DNA of 64,000 nt, taken from the NCBI RefSeq assembly GCF_018977255.1, contig NW_024704743.1:70868001-70932000 (forward strand), given 5' to 3'. A program made the translations under genes and the position numbers. Shown here in pieces: positions 51,776 through 64,000 of the stretch (the stretch's first letter is position 1; each line of letters opens with the position of its first letter). Origin of the DNA: Callorhinchus milii. Its lineage: Eukaryota. The notes under the pieces were generated by a model. The model ran no database searches and was not told the DNA's origin. It worked only from the letters and a program-made list of their open reading frames with translations.

Positions 51776-52795
51776 ATGTGACTAGTGGAGTGCCACAAGG
51801 ATCAGTGCTTGGGCCTCAACTATTTACAATCTACATCAACGATCTAGATGAGGACATCAAACTTAATGTATCTAAATTCGCGGATGACACTAAACTAGGA
51901 GGGAGAGTAAACACCGAGGATGACATTAAAAAAATGCAACGAGATATAGATAGGCTAGGTGAGTGGGCAAATAGGTGGCAGATGAAATATAATGTAGGGA
52001 AGTGTGAGGTCATCCACCTCGGTGGCAAAAACAGTTGAGCTGATTATTTTTTAGAAGGGGAGAAACTAGATAGTGTTAGCGTTCAGAAGGACTTGGGTGT
52101 CCTTGTATACCAGTCACAAAAAGTTAGTTTGCAGGTACAGTAAACAATTAGGAAGGCTAACGGTATGTTGGCATTTGTTACAAAAGGTTTAGAATATAAG
52201 AGTAGGGAAGTCTTGCTGCAACTGTATAGGGCCCTGGTGAGACCGCATCTAGAGTATTGTGTGCAGTTTTGGTCTCCTTATTTAAGAAAGGATGTACTCG
52301 CCTTGGAGGGGTACAACGTAGATTCACTAGGTTGGTACCAGGGATGAAGGGGATGAGTTATGAGGATAGGTTGAGCAATTTAGGCCTATATTCTCTAGAA
52401 TATAGAAGAAAGAGAGGTGATCTTATAGAAACCTATAAGATTATTAAGGGCCACAACAGAATAGACAGTGGGAGACTTTTTCCCCTGGTTGGAGAAGCTA
52501 TAACCAGAGGTCACAGTCTTAAAATTAGGGGTAAGCCCTTTCGCACTGAGTTGAGGAAAAGCTTCTTCACTCAGAGGTTAGTGAATTTATGGAATTCTCT
52601 ACCCCAAAGGGCTGTAGATGCTCAGTCCTTGAACATATTCAAGACTGAGATCGATAGATTTCTTGTGCATAAGGGATATGGGGATAAGGCGGGTAGGTGG
52701 AGTTAGAATAGATCAGCCATGATCTTATTGAATGGCGGGGCAGGCTAGAGGGTCCGAATGGCCTACTCCTACTCCTATTTCTTATGTTCTTATGT
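51776..52795 (+). mobile_element. CR1 LINE 3' fragment
   Basis: [54 protein letters not shown] motifs; (TCTTATGT)n tail; stops and a frameshift. Confidence 0.95.
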
Positions 52796-55700
52796 ATGCT
52801 CATGTTCGTATGTCATTGGAACCGGCAAGCTGAAAACAATAATCACCATTGGGAAAAGCACTTGGAGCTTGTGTTCTTGTGTCATTTAGTCTTGGAAACC
52901 ACAGGTAAATCAGCCTTTAATCCACTTTTATCATGTCATTTGCAACTTTACATGCTTTAAAAATGTATTTTTATGGCTACTTATAAGTACTTTTAAATAT
53001 ATTTAAATACAATCTCATATTAAATATCAACATATGTCGTTCATTCACAAAAAGTATTGTTGCATGTTTTTCCTGCGTATTTTGAAGGGCCGCCAAATGT
53101 GAGGATTGTGCATTTTGTATTTCCCCACAAATTGTGTATTTCCCCACAAACAATTATAATTACTTTAAAGATAATAATGAGCAGAACAAACACAATTTTT
53201 TTTAGTATAAAAATATTCTTATTTGTACCCTTACTTCTGAAGCATAATATGAATGACCCTGATAAGAACAAGTCAGAATTTTTATAATGTAGCAAGTCTG
53301 CATGAAGCAGTGTTCTTTGACATATCAATAATCCCATACAGCTTTATTTAAAAAAGATATTAATTAAATGTGTTTGGAGTTCAAGGAAAATACTGCTATT
53401 TAAAAATAAATAGATTCAGTTCCAATTGCATCTAGTTGAAACCCTTTTTGTGTCTATCAATTGCCTTGATGCTATGTTCTGTATAGTCTTGTGCTCCCTC
53501 TACTGACTGAATTTCATTAAAACACTAATTATTTTTTGTCCGACATTCAGAGGAAGAGTTCAGTATTAATGTGTTGCCTGAGGCACTGACAACATAATTT
53601 TATATAAAAAAAAGCTCACTTCACCCTCCGTCTCTGTGCTACCAACTGACTAAAATTTTGTAACATCAGAGAATTAAAACAAATTAAAAGAAAGGTCAAC
53701 TGTTTCCAACAGCCTGAATTTTTTTTGTTTCCAGCTATATTTGTACATCTTTCCACCTCAGAGAGGAAATAATTGCTTTCTGCTACAAATAAGGCCATTT
53801 CCTCCACAGTGCCCTTTTATAATCATGGGAAGCTAATGTGAAGGTACAGTAGCAACATGTTTAAGTCAATCTGTAAACTTTAATTTAATGTCACTAAACT
53901 GCTTTTTGCTCCATCAAGCAGAAATAATTAATGTTTGTGACAGAATGCACAGTCTGAAACACCAATTAAAAGTGACACTCAGGACCCATGTGTACAGATT
54001 ACCAAAAAAGACTTGTACAGAATACTCAGAACTATTGAAATATCACTTGCAGCAGTCTATGCAAGCCCAATGCTCACTAGGGATGGATGCGGTTCCTGGG
54101 CAGGGCAAGTTTCCTTACTCCACACGCCTCTGTTTATCTAACAGTAAGTAGGAACCCGGTGTTGGTCTCCATCATTTATGCATTACATTTTCTTATAAAC
54201 GTACATTGATGCTTTTTGCTTCAACCACAGCTTCCAGGCGTGAGTTCCACATTCTCACCATCCTCCAACAAGTGGAAACAGCCTATCAACGACCACCTTA
54301 TCAAATCCTTTCATGAGCATTTTATAATCCAAGCCATGACTGCGAAGCTCTTTACCTCATTAAATCCCTTTCTCCTACAATTTACAAATATTTAATTCCA
54401 CACTTAGCATCAACTAAGCATTACTTCTTGGCTTGTGTTTTGTTTTTACTCTTGCTCTTTGAACTTTAGACTTTCACCTGGGTCCTCAATAAAAAAAATC
54501 TGCCTGCATAGTAAGAACAACGGGTTTGGTGAACTACAAACAATTTAAGATTATTCAATGTACCCAATGTCTAGGGAATAGGACGGTTGTCTAATCCCCG
54601 GAGTGCAATGGTAAATATCTGCTGCCAGTTCCCCAATGTTGCAGTGGTAAGCAAGTAACTTCCTATTGATATACACAGATCCATCATTGTTCCCTCGTGG
54701 CTTAGAGACTTCTTTTGCACTGGTCAGAGCTTCAAACTCAGCTGTTGGAACATCTTTTTTGGGAATAAAACAGTCACTGCACTTTACAATGTATCCTGTA
54801 AAGCACTTTTAGATGTCTCGAAGACAAGATAAGGGGCTATACCAAATGTAAGGATTATTATTATTATATTAGTCTACCATCTCTCAAAAGCAGAACTTAA
54901 AGTAGAAGTTCTATAAAATCTAAATTCTTATGTCTCATAGATATGTGCAGAGTGGGGGGTTGGGGGCCTGAAATTCACAAGTATGTACTGCATATTGATC
55001 AGAGAAATGACTTGTTGGGAATACGAAGAAATGTATTAGAAAGAGTGCCTTTGAAAGGAAATTATACAAATTCATCCTCTTTTACTTTCATATTGAATGG
55101 CTCTGTATATGAAATCCAGGATCCTGTTTGCCATATTAAGAGCTTCCTCTACCCTCTTAACAAACCCCTCTGTTCTTCCACTCCATTCACACCATATCAC
55201 TCTACACCAATTGAAAAATAATTCCTTAGTTCCACACTCTTTCCATCACCTGTCCTCCAACCATCCTTCTATCCATTTTGCTACCTTTCCAATTATTCCA
55301 TGTGCCTAAATTTTGGTTACAATCTCCTATGTGGCACTTACAATGAATCCTTTCCTATTTTTGAACACTTGTATTTTTCTTTCCATGAAGCCAAAACATC
55401 TTTATCTTATATATTATTCATAAACTTGCTTAGCAGAATCAAATATTTAATTTTTTCAATAAATTATTTGATTGAGATCCCAATGTTGAGAATTCACAAT
55501 AACTTCAATTTAATAAACTACATGGCATCTGCCGCTTTTTATTCTTTCATAAACCTGCAAAGTGAATGCATCTTTGGTGTGTTAATGACTGTTAAAAGTA
55601 GCATCTGTTACAGGTCATTGTATTGCCAATGGAATTCAGTGAGATTTCCCTCAAAGATTTTTCTCTTTCATTTTTATCCATGTATGCTGAAAACTGCATA

Positions 55701-57125
55701 AAAACTGTTTCAATTTAATATATCACTGTGTTATCTCCGGTTAATTTAGAGGTGAACATTGTGCATTCTGTGCTAATCAACAAGCTTATGCAGGAATGCA
55801 AAGGAATTAGTTGGTTGCCTTTGCTAGATAGTTAGAAATTAAAACTATGTCACTAAGTTGCACAAATGTTGTTTTAAGGCTGGAGTTATGCTGTGTAATT
55901 GTTTCACAGAAATCCCTAATATGAATGTCCATACTGATATAGTTTGGTACGTTTTATCACCAAAGGTAATATCCAATCCCATAAAGTAAATGATTACTTG
56001 ATTAATCCTGCAACTAAATGTCAAAATAACAAATTCTGAAACACACAGAAACCCTTCACCATGGTTAAGTGGTTCCAAACTAAATTACTGAGAGTTCCAC
56101 ATATGTATAGTTACAGTTTGTCTGGTGTGCAGTGCACACTCCCTCTCCAGAAGGATGAACCCAGTTTATCTAATCCCTACTTTAGGTGCAAATTGTCTGG
56201 AGCCAAAGTTTGGGAAACCTTGAGTGCGTAATCAGGTACTATAGTTTAACCAGCTAAAGCCAAGCAAAATAATCTTCTATTACAGAGCTCTGACAAGCAT
56301 CCAACTGCTTGTTCAACTAGGCCAACTCTACCTGTTAAGACTTTAGCTTGTAGAGTTAGCACAAGCTGAGTGGAAAACCCCCAGCCCCCAGTGAATGATC
56401 TGCAATTTCAAGACTTGCAAATCAACCAGGTTGTAGCCATTCTATATTTAAATCGATTTTTCATAAATAACCATCTCAATACTACTTGATAAATCACCAT
56501 CAAACCCATTTCAAAAGATATTTTTAAATACTACAATGTATTTCTTTTGGCTGTTATGTCCATCAATTATACTGATGTTTTCTTGACTCTATAGTGCTCT
56601 TGATACCCAAATCAAATGTAATCTAGGGGGATAGGAGGATCTACAAAATAGGAGGAGTGATGGTAGAAAAAGCCATAAAAAGTATTTTCAAAAGGATACA
56701 GATTGATTATGCAATCAGCAGAGATATAGTAAACAAAATGAAGCACCAATATTAGGAAAATATTACATGGACAGAAATGAATCCTGCATACATGTATAAT
56801 AATAATCCTTGCATTTGGTATAGCACCTTATCAAGTCTTCGAGACGTCTCAAAGCCCTTCACAGAATATACTGTAAAATGAATTGATTGTTTTTGTTGTG
56901 GGTGAAATGCGGCAGCCATTTTCACACAGCAATGTCCCACAAATAGTCATGGATTGAGTGAACAATTTTTTTTAAGGAATTATTACCCCTGGTATACAAT
57001 GAACTCAAATGGAATTGGAGAAGAGAGAGATAACAAAAGAAGATTATAACTGATCCAGTGCAGCCACATTATAAGGCAGTAGTTGGGGTGCATATCATCT
57101 TCGCAACCCATATAATAAAGGGACT

Positions 57126-57452
57126 GTGGAGTCCTGTAGTTCAGTGGTTAGAGCACTCGCTTTGCAAGTGAGAGACCTGAGTTCAATTCCAGGCAGAGCG
57201 AAACCTTGGGCAAGTTTCCTTACTCCACACAGAGCCTAATAATAATCCCTCCAAAACCCAAAACAATAATAAAATTGGTCATTTTCAATCTACGACTGTT
57301 TGTGGGACATTGCTGTGCGCTATTGCCTGCCGCGTTCGCCCACAAATATACAGTCAATTCACTTTACAGTGTGTTCTGTGAAACGCTTTGGGACGTCCTC
57401 CCGATGTGAAAAGGGCTATATCAAATGCAAGGATTATTATTATTATTATTAT
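57126..57452 (+). mobile_element. tRNA-derived SINE, short subfamily
   Basis: Very similar to 42807-43126. Confidence 0.92.
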
Positions 57453-58929
57453 TTAACATTCACTGGAACATGCGTACAGCTGAACAGTTCACTTTCCATA
57501 TGCCGGCTGCCTCCAGCACTATAAAATGACTGATTTCCACATTATTAGTTTGTAAAATATATGCCAGCATGCAGGAAGTAACGTCAGCAGTGGTTAGACA
57601 TTTTTTAGTGCATGGGAAACAAAATCATTGTTCATTTTTGAGCACTACCGCCATCAAAATATACATTTAGGTTAGACAAGATAATAACAATAATAATACA
57701 GAAAGAGCAAGATAATGAATGGGCTTCAGATATTAAAAAAAAGTGTAGCGCTCTTGCCTCCGAGTCAGTAGGATATGGATTCAAGTCCACGTTGGGACTT
57801 GGAACTCACATTGTCTAAGCTGATGCTCCAATACAGTGGTGGGGGGTTTGGATTGTCAGAGGTGCCATCCTTGAGATGAGACATTAAACTGAGATCCTGT
57901 TTGTCTGTACTAATGGACGTTAAAGCTCCCATGGCGCTTTTTGAAAAGAGAAGGGAGTTTCACCTGGCCAATAATTCCCCCAAATAAAAATTGGTCATTC
58001 ATTTCATTGCTGTTTGTGGAACATTGATGTGCACAATTGTGCTGTTGTGCTTGCCTACAAATTCTCATGCCATTTCCCAGGAAATCCTGTGAGGCCCTTG
58101 AAATATCCTTCTGACATGATATGGCTCTGTACTAAATGCAAGTATTATTAAAAGATAATAATCCTTTCATTTTATATAGAACCTTATCACATCAAAATGA
58201 ATCAGCATTTTCTCTAAAAAATGTAGTGGCTGTGTATTTGTAAGCAAATCCAGTAGCCAATTTACCACAGCAAATTCCACAAGGCCACATATGAATGACC
58301 AATTCGAGAATTCTTGTTCAGGATGCTAGGAAAAAATTTATTTTATTTTCAAGTAGTGTCAAGGGATATCTAGTGATCATCTAAACAGGCAGACAAAACT
58401 TCAGTTTAACATTTCATCTGAAGGATGGTAACTCTGATAATTCAGCCCTCCACCTGCACTTCACTAATTTATGGCAAAACCCAGACCACAAACTCCAAGT
58501 CCTTGTTACTTGAATCCATGATTTTCTGCTGCAGAGATAAGGGTCTAACCAACTGAACTAGATTGACACCTGTGGAGGAACAAGCTTGGCGATCTGATTC
58601 AGTCAGATAAGTTTCTGCCACCCGCAGAAACTCCAACATGTTAAGAGTCTCCAAACCAAATTACTTAAGAGTTCCAAATATGTATCCATTTATCCATCAT
58701 GGAGTGTGCACTCTCTTTCCAGAGACATGCACCCTGCTTCTCTGAGGGCTTTTCCTACCAAAATCCTAACAGATAGGATGGTAACACTTGGAGAAGCAGC
58801 AGAAAGCTTACCAGGCAGTGTTTGCAGCGTCAAGCTACATAGGTTTAGCTGGTTAAACTCTCAGTATCCTAACGCACCCTTTGGTGCTCTCAAGTCTTGT
58901 CTCTCACCATATTGCACCTGAAGTACTTG

Positions 58930-59224
58930 CACAAGAGCACTCACTTCGCAAGTGACAGACCTGGGTTTGCTTCCCAGCAGGGCGAAACCTTGGGCAAGTT
59001 TCCTTACTCCACACGCCTGATAATAATCCCTCAAGAAAAAAAAACAATAATAAATTGGTCACTTCAATCCGCGACTGTTTGTGGGACACTGCTGTGGGTA
59101 ATTGGTTGCTGCATTTCACTCACAAATATACGGTCAATTCACTTTACAGTGTATTCTGTGAAGCGCTTTGAGACGTCTAGAAGATGTGAAAAGTGCTATA
59201 TCAAATGCAAGGATTATTATTATT
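58930..59224 (+). mobile_element. Short-subfamily SINE with partial head
   Basis: Modules from the anticodon arm onward. Confidence 0.85.
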
Positions 59225-59699
59225 ACCTGCACTTAATACGTTTTGGATTTAGGTTAGCAGAATGAGTCCTCAAAGATAATCCAACCAGTCCGAGTTCCAT
59301 GTATGTCAACTACACATGGAAATTCCAATATCAACGGGAATGTGTACTCTCTCCCCAGAGGGACTTGTCCTGTTTACCCAATTTCAAACACTATTATTAG
59401 GAACAAGTTGCCAAGAGCTAAATCTTGGGAACTTCAGAGTCTGCGTTGGGGTACTGCTGGAGTTTAACCAGTTAAACTACATAGCTTACCCTCGTCTATC
59501 AAGCTTCCTGCTGCTTGTTCAGCTGGGACTACTCTGGCTGTTCCAGCTCTGGCTTCTGGGCTTAACAAGAGATAAATTCCTGCTCCCAACGAGCCAGTTA
59601 CTTGTCCCAAATTCAGCTCCAAGGAGACCCTCTGAACCTTCCTCCTTCTCCCCTAGAAAGATTGGTTTAAATAAAATTATCCCAGTATATTATTTACAA

Positions 59700-60657
59700 T
59701 ACAATACAAAATGACATATGTTTAGCGCCTTTCACGTCGGAAGGACATCCCAAGGTCTCGACAGTCAGGGATTTGGATCCGAGCTGGGAATCGGGTTCGG
59801 GCAGGGTGGAAGGCAGGGAGGGTAGAAGGGTGGCCAAAGTCTTGGTCAAAAAGGAGGGTTTTGAGGCATGCCTTGAAGGAGGTAATGGAGGGAGTGAGGC
59901 AAAGGGAATGTGGGATGTAGTTGCATAGGGTGGGGGCAAAAAGTTTGAAGGTCCGGCCGCTGATGGTCGAGCAGGCCACAGCCTGCTGAGCGAAGGGAGC
60001 AGAGAGGTTGGTATGGGGTTTGCGGGCCGCAGAGGTAGGGAGAGGCAAGGCCATGGAGGACGTTGAAAGTGAGGACGAGGATTTTGAACTCTATCCTCTG
60101 GGGGATAGGGCGCCAGTGGAGCCGGGCGAGGGCAGGGGTAATGGGGTCACGGAGCCTGGTGCGGGAGAAGACATGAGTTGCAGGGTTCTGGATGATCCGC
60201 AGCATGTGGAAGGAAGAGTCGGGGAGGCCGACAAGCAGGGAGTTGGCATAATCGAGCCTAGACGTAATGAAGCCACGTATGAGGATTTTAGCGGTCTGAG
60301 GGGTGAGACCGTGGTGGAGCCAGGCAATGTTACGGAGGTGGGGGAAGGCAGAGCTGGGCACGGCATGGATGTGGGGTTAGAAAGGATAGTTGAGGGTCAA
60401 ACATGATCCCAAGGTTCTGGACTGGCTTAGTGAGGTGGAGTGTGCAACCATGGATGGTGACGCTGTCAGTGCCTGAGGTGTGGAGGAGCTGACGGGAGCC
60501 AATCAGGAGAGCCTCGGTCTTGTTGACATTTAACTGAAGAAAGTTAGCTCTCATCCAGGACTTGATGTCCAACAGACATTCTGTCAGCAGTGGTCCTGGA
60601 GTCGAGGGTGGAAGCAGAGAGATAGAGTTGGGTGTCATTGCATACATGAGGAAATTG
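59700..60657 (-). mobile_element. L2 LINE 3' fragment, frameshifted
   Basis: [47 protein letters not shown] motifs and tail. Confidence 0.92.
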
Positions 60658-60832
60658 ATTTACTTCAAAATCAATCAAATTAGCAAATTACATAAATGGA
60701 AATTCATGGAAAGTTAATTTAGAACAACTATTGGGAACAAAGTATTTCCTGAAAATGTTAAATATTTTGGAATGCCAACCAAAGCAATAGATCCAAAATG
60801 GCATCAAGTTTATTCAGACATATCTAATGCGA

Positions 60833-61052
60833 AACAAAAAACAGAAGTCGCTGGGAACACTCAGCAGGACAGGCAGCATCTATGGAGAAAGCGAATCAAC
60901 GTTTCAGGTTCACGGCCCTTCGTCAGAACTGGGGCATGTTGAGAGGGAGAGGCTTTTAAGGGCTAACAGAGAGGGGGGAGGCAGGGACAAGGAAAACAAA
61001 GGAGAAAATGGGGTAGAGGACAGGGGATGATGGGTTAAAGAGGTTAAAGGTC
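60833..61052 (-). mobile_element. Penelope-like short insertion with 15-bp TSD and hammerhead motif
   Basis: TSD acatatctaatgcga at 60818-60832 and 61053-61067; minus strand reads AGTT-CTGACGA-n14-GAAACGTT-GATT. Confidence 0.75.
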
Positions 61053-62175
61053 ACATATCTAATGCGAGTGTCAATAACCTCAAAGGATAGGCTTTGGTGT
61101 GGTTTAATTTTTCCTTCCCAACTTTTCTTATGTTCTTAAGATCACGCACTGAAATGTTTTGTGTATGTGTGAGGGACTGGCAGATTGAGGTTATAGCTGT
61201 TTGGATGCTGCTGTTATGCAGTAAGTTGTTGCTATGTCTCACAAATAAACATGGGGTAAGAAATTCCTCTTGCCACTAAGTGCAGTGATCTTATAATGAG
61301 AAAATCCCCTTATAAACACACACAATTAAATGAAAAATCGCATTCAGTTGCAAAAAGAATTTCACACATCAGTGTTGAGTTTGGATTGCAGTGATTGTGG
61401 TAAACTTGTGCTCAATGTTCTATGGTGACTGCTCTAATTTGGAGCTCAATTTAGAAATCGTGCTGAAAGATACTAGAGATTTTTTTGTTAACACTGACAG
61501 AAAAACTGCTATTCACATTACTTTTAAGAGTAAAAAATACAACACAATAACATACAAATTTATATTTACATAATGCCTTTCATGTCAGGACATTTTCATG
61601 ACCTAGTTTCTAGTGTAAGAAGGGGAAGAACATAGCTGTGGCTGAAAATAGTCACATAGACAAATGTGTTGATAACAGAGGATTGGTCACTGACTGACTG
61701 AGTAGCTGGAAATATTTTTACTGTATAAAGAAATAATACTTAAATTCACCGTTTCCTAGTGAACAAAATAGCGCTCGCTATCTTATTTATGCAGATCTGT
61801 TTTTGAAATGTTAAAATCCCAACTCATGCAAACCTTGGCAAGTTATAACACTGATAAAATGGACTCAAAGGTGACTTGTTGGATTTTCTGTCTGATCCAT
61901 TGGCAAAAAGTCTGATTTAGTTTTGATAAAAATGTAGACTTCATGGTGATATTTCAATGTTACAATTCAGAACAGTACACTCAGTGATCAGACTACTAAC
62001 AGACCTGATAGCAAACAGGTTAAACATTCAAACGGTCATTACAAATACACTTAAAAGTAATGTGAATTAGAATCAAACTAAAATCAACTGTAAACTCTGC
62101 CGATTTTCCTAACAGCCAGGTTTCCACACATTTATAATAAAGTCAGGCAAGTCAGAATTTTGTCCAAGTGGAGTC

Positions 62176-62181
62176 TTTATT
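62176..62181 (-). terminator. Probable EFHB polyadenylation signal AATAAA
   Basis: tttatt on + = AATAAA on -, about 110 nt after the EFHB stop, followed by U/GU-rich sequence. An ATTAAA also overlaps the stop codon (62287-62292). Confidence 0.55.
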
Positions 62182-62291
62182 TCTGGTAGTAAAACAAAGT
62201 ACATGACTAATTTGCTTACATAATCATGAAACTGCATATGCAATGCGTGTAAAATAAAAGATCTTAAATTCTGTAATGAAATTCACTTTAA

Positions 62292-62453
62292 TCAACAAGA
62301 TAAAATATATGATGCTTGCATTTCATCCAAAACATTACGGAATGTCTCCACGCACACTTTTCCCTCGGGATGTTTCTGAGCAGCTAGCTCCCACACCTGA
62401 TCAAAACTCTCCTTGGGAAGATCCACTCCCATGGCGCAAAATATGCTTACAAT
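62292..62453 (-). CDS. EFHB: EFHB last coding exon (to stop codon)
   Basis: Acceptor tttctgtttcatcag|ATT, phase 0, in frame with the previous exon. 54 codons IVSIFCAMGVDLPKESFDQVWELAAQKHPEGKVCVETFRNVLDEMQASYILSC*, resembling human IAEILCNIGVKLSDEEFENVWNLASKKHHRGEVCVENIRNVLDEL. Confidence 0.93.
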   Translation of the reverse strand: MVSIFCAMGVDLPKESFDQVWELAAQKHPEGKVCVETFRNVLDEMQASYILSC

Positions 62454-62822
62454 CTGATGAAACAGAAACAAAAATTGAGAGGTAAGTAAACACCACTGCC
62501 ACATGGATTCAGTATTTTCAATCAAATTACTGCTCCAGAATTAACAACATTTTGTAAAATTTAAATAAATCAATAAAAATAATTTTTTTAAAGGCAAAAA
62601 TAGGGGTTTATGAGCAACAATTAAACAATTAGATGCTCATAATGCGAAGACAAGAGAGTAAAATACTAATGTTCAAATATTCTGTGAACAAATCACAGAA
62701 TGCTTCTGTATCATCATCACTAAAACAAACAAACCACTATACTGAGTGAAAGTGGATAACATTATGTATAAATTCCATGAAAAGGAAACAAATGCTGTTC
62801 TGAGCTGCTTTAGTTGCCCACA

Positions 62823-63203
62823 TAATAATAATCCTTACGTTTGATATAGCGCCTCATCATGTCTTCAAAACATCTCAAAGTGCTTCACAGGATATACTGT
62901 AAAGTGTAGTGACTGTGTATTTTGTGGGCAAAAAGCAATAGCCAATTTACGTAGGAGTGGTCCACAAACAGTCATGGATTGAGTGGCCAAATTATTATTA
63001 ATTAATTAATTATTTTGGTGGGGTTATTACCCCCAGAAAGTAATCTGCCAATTGACTAACAACCGTGTTCCTACTTACTGCTAGATAATCAGAGACGTCT
63101 GGAGTAAGGAAACTTGCCTAAGGTTTCGTCCTCCCCAGTAATCAAGACCAAGTCCTCTTGCTTGCAAAGCAAGTGCGCTAACCACTATGCTACAGCACTC
63201 CAC
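62823..63203 (-). mobile_element. Long-subfamily SINE in the last EFHB intron (sense orientation)
   Basis: All modules present, lying within intron 62454-63545. Confidence 0.85.
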
Positions 63204-63545
63204 TTCAAACCTCCTCAAGCAATACTTGAAGTGTAACAATTCTACTCTATATATATTATACATATACCGTGTAGTAGTCAGCCAGTATGCCTGTCAGTTT
63301 AACATGAATTAAAACTGCTCAGAACTGATCGACAGTCTAAGGGTGAAGTTTCTCTATGCTTTTACATTACAAAATTCACAATAAAATCAAAATGTTATTA
63401 TTAAAATCTTTTAAGTATTAAATTGTGTGAGCAATTTGGATACTGGATTGATAAATACAAGTGAATACAAGTTTCATCTATCAGAATTCTTCTCCTGTAA
63501 ATGCTTTGTACTAAAAACAGTACAATGTTTCCTCCAGTAACTTAC

Positions 63546-63727
63546 CTCTGATTTGGACCTTGACATAAAAATGTCTTTCTCGTATACACCCCTTTGAGCA
63601 AATATAGTGGGATTCAGCAAGCCTTGAGCATTTGACTCATCACCATAGTTAACCCGATCACTGATGCTGCGAAATCGAGGGGCTGGGATATCGGTACGGA
63701 TAGTAGGTATACCATATGCACGATCAT
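63546..63727 (-). CDS. EFHB: EFHB (EF-hand domain family member B / CFAP21), penultimate coding exon
   Basis: Minus strand ttttattctgagcag|AT...TCAGAG|gtaagt; 182 nt, phase 1 in and phase 0 out. Translates xDRAYGIPTIRTDIPAPRFRSISDRVNYGDESNAQGLLNPTIFAQRGVYEKDIFMSRSKSE, closely resembling the recalled human EFHB C-terminus (GVPTIRSDIPAPRIRRISDRTNYGEE...PTIFARKGVFERDFFKTRSKEE). Absent from the ORF track. Confidence 0.93.
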
Positions 63728-64000
63728 CTGCTCAGAATAAAACATGCCATTTTATTTTAAATAAGGACATTACAGTACATTCTAAATTTAAGCAAAGTAA
63801 AGTTTCAGATATAAAACACTGCAAATATTTCACTTGATGATCATTCTCAATCAGATACTTTGTAGTCTCTGTTCCATAAAGATATTAGACATATCTTTAT
63901 ATGTTCATAGTATTTACTTAATTTCTTCACACTGTCACGTTGTTTGCTCCTTCTGAAGATGCAGACTCACACTGACACATAGTTCCACAGATGCTAATCA

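Noticed and set aside
62276..62485. Plus-strand ORF ending at a strong gag|gtaagt donor (IKYMMLAFHPKHYG...)
   Set aside because: It is the antisense shadow of the EFHB last exon, with no recognisable homology and no partner exons.

Overview
Repeat-rich, AT-rich vertebrate genomic DNA. The LINE/SINE repertoire suggests a cartilaginous fish, possibly a chimaera (inference). The only supportable host gene is the 3' end of EFHB (CFAP21) on the minus strand: two coding exons (63727-63546 and 62453-62292) with canonical splice sites, consistent phase and a downstream AATAAA. The remaining ~62 kb shows no coding exon I could identify. It is packed with 5'-truncated CR1 and L2 LINEs, more than 20 copies or fragments of a tRNA(Ala)-headed SINE (CORE-like + Deu-like domains + L2-type tail), older Deu-type SINEs, an AmnSINE2-like relic, and short Penelope-like repeats carrying minimal hammerhead-ribozyme motifs. 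Also notable: a triple-nested L2>CR1>L2 insertion, several local inverted or direct templated duplications, and a perfect 27-bp hairpin. Repeat family names come from recalled consensus similarity and were not database-checked. Repeat boundaries are approximate.
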